DNA of 26,422 nucleotides from a virus (Duplodnaviria; Heunggongvirae; Uroviricota; Caudoviricetes): IMG/VR virus record IMGVR_UViG_2541047936_000001; one strand, 5' to 3'. Shown piece by piece: positions 26,153 to 26,422 of this stretch (position 1 is its first letter; each line of letters starts with the position of its first letter). The notes under the pieces were generated by a model. It saw only the letters and a program-made list of their open reading frames with translations, ran no database searches and was not told where the DNA came from. The position numbers and the translations under genes were made by a program.

Positions 26153-26422
26153 ATGAACGTACTAAAAAAACTTATGCAGCGTCTGTGCGGGTACGGAAAG
26201 CATGATGACCGTGAACACGGGGAGTTACTTACAGCACAACTGCGTCTGGGGCCGGCAGACATCCTGGAGTCAGATGAGAATGGTATTATTCCGGAGCAGG
26301 CCAGGGTAATCACGCAGGTGGTGATACTGGATGCGGATAAAAAGCAGATACAGTGTGTGGTAAGACCGCTGCAAATCCTGCGTGCTGACGGGACGTGGGA
26401 AAATATTGGCGGGATGAAGTAA
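26153..26422 (+). CDS. Hypothetical protein (89 aa) downstream of stf, probably tail-fibre associated
   Basis: AGGAG Shine-Dalgarno at 26142-26146; motif LRLGPADILESDENG parallels RFRLGPASIIETNSNG in the Stf C-terminus. Confidence 0.45.
   Translation: MNVLKKLMQRLCGYGKHDDREHGELLTAQLRLGPADILESDENGIIPEQARVITQVVILDADKKQIQCVVRPLQILRADGTWENIGGMK

Noticed and set aside
25061-26313. Long minus-strand ORFs (286 aa and 261 aa) antisense to stf
   Set aside because: Pro/Arg-rich products created by the GC-rich collagen-like repeat on the opposite strand; no start context; stf on the plus strand has clear homology.

Overview
The window starts in E. coli-type chromosome (3' end of mtfA, then tRNA-Ser(CGA) serU) and the rest is a lambdoid, Qin/Stx-phage-like prophage inserted at serU that runs to the end of the window. 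Gene order read from the sequence: attL - int (split by an IS629-like IS3-family element) - xis-like - large exonuclease - ydfD/dicB/dicF/ydfC/ydfB/ydfA - dicA/dicC immunity switch - replication genes - a ~3.1 kb very AT-rich cargo island - small toxin-like peptide and hok toxin - nin region (frameshifted DUF968 gene, rusA) - Q - tR' - three tRNAs (Ile-CAU, Arg-UCG, Arg-UCU) - TerB-like pseudogene where Stx phages carry stx - nanS-p-like esterase - two tandem ~148-bp repeats - lysis cassette (S, SAR endolysin R, Rz/Rz1) with inserted DNA - PerC-like regulator - cos - truncated nu1 next to side tail fibre stf with collagen-like repeats. Head and tail morphogenesis genes are absent and int is IS-disrupted, so this looks like a defective, locked-in prophage. 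The best candidate for an undescribed system is the AT-rich island at about 10.5-13.6 kb: a 299-aa soluble protein convergent with a tightly coupled membrane-protein plus small SAM-methyltransferase operon. All family and gene names come from recall of sequences and gene order; no database search or computation was possible, and coordinates of features not in the ORF track were counted by hand.
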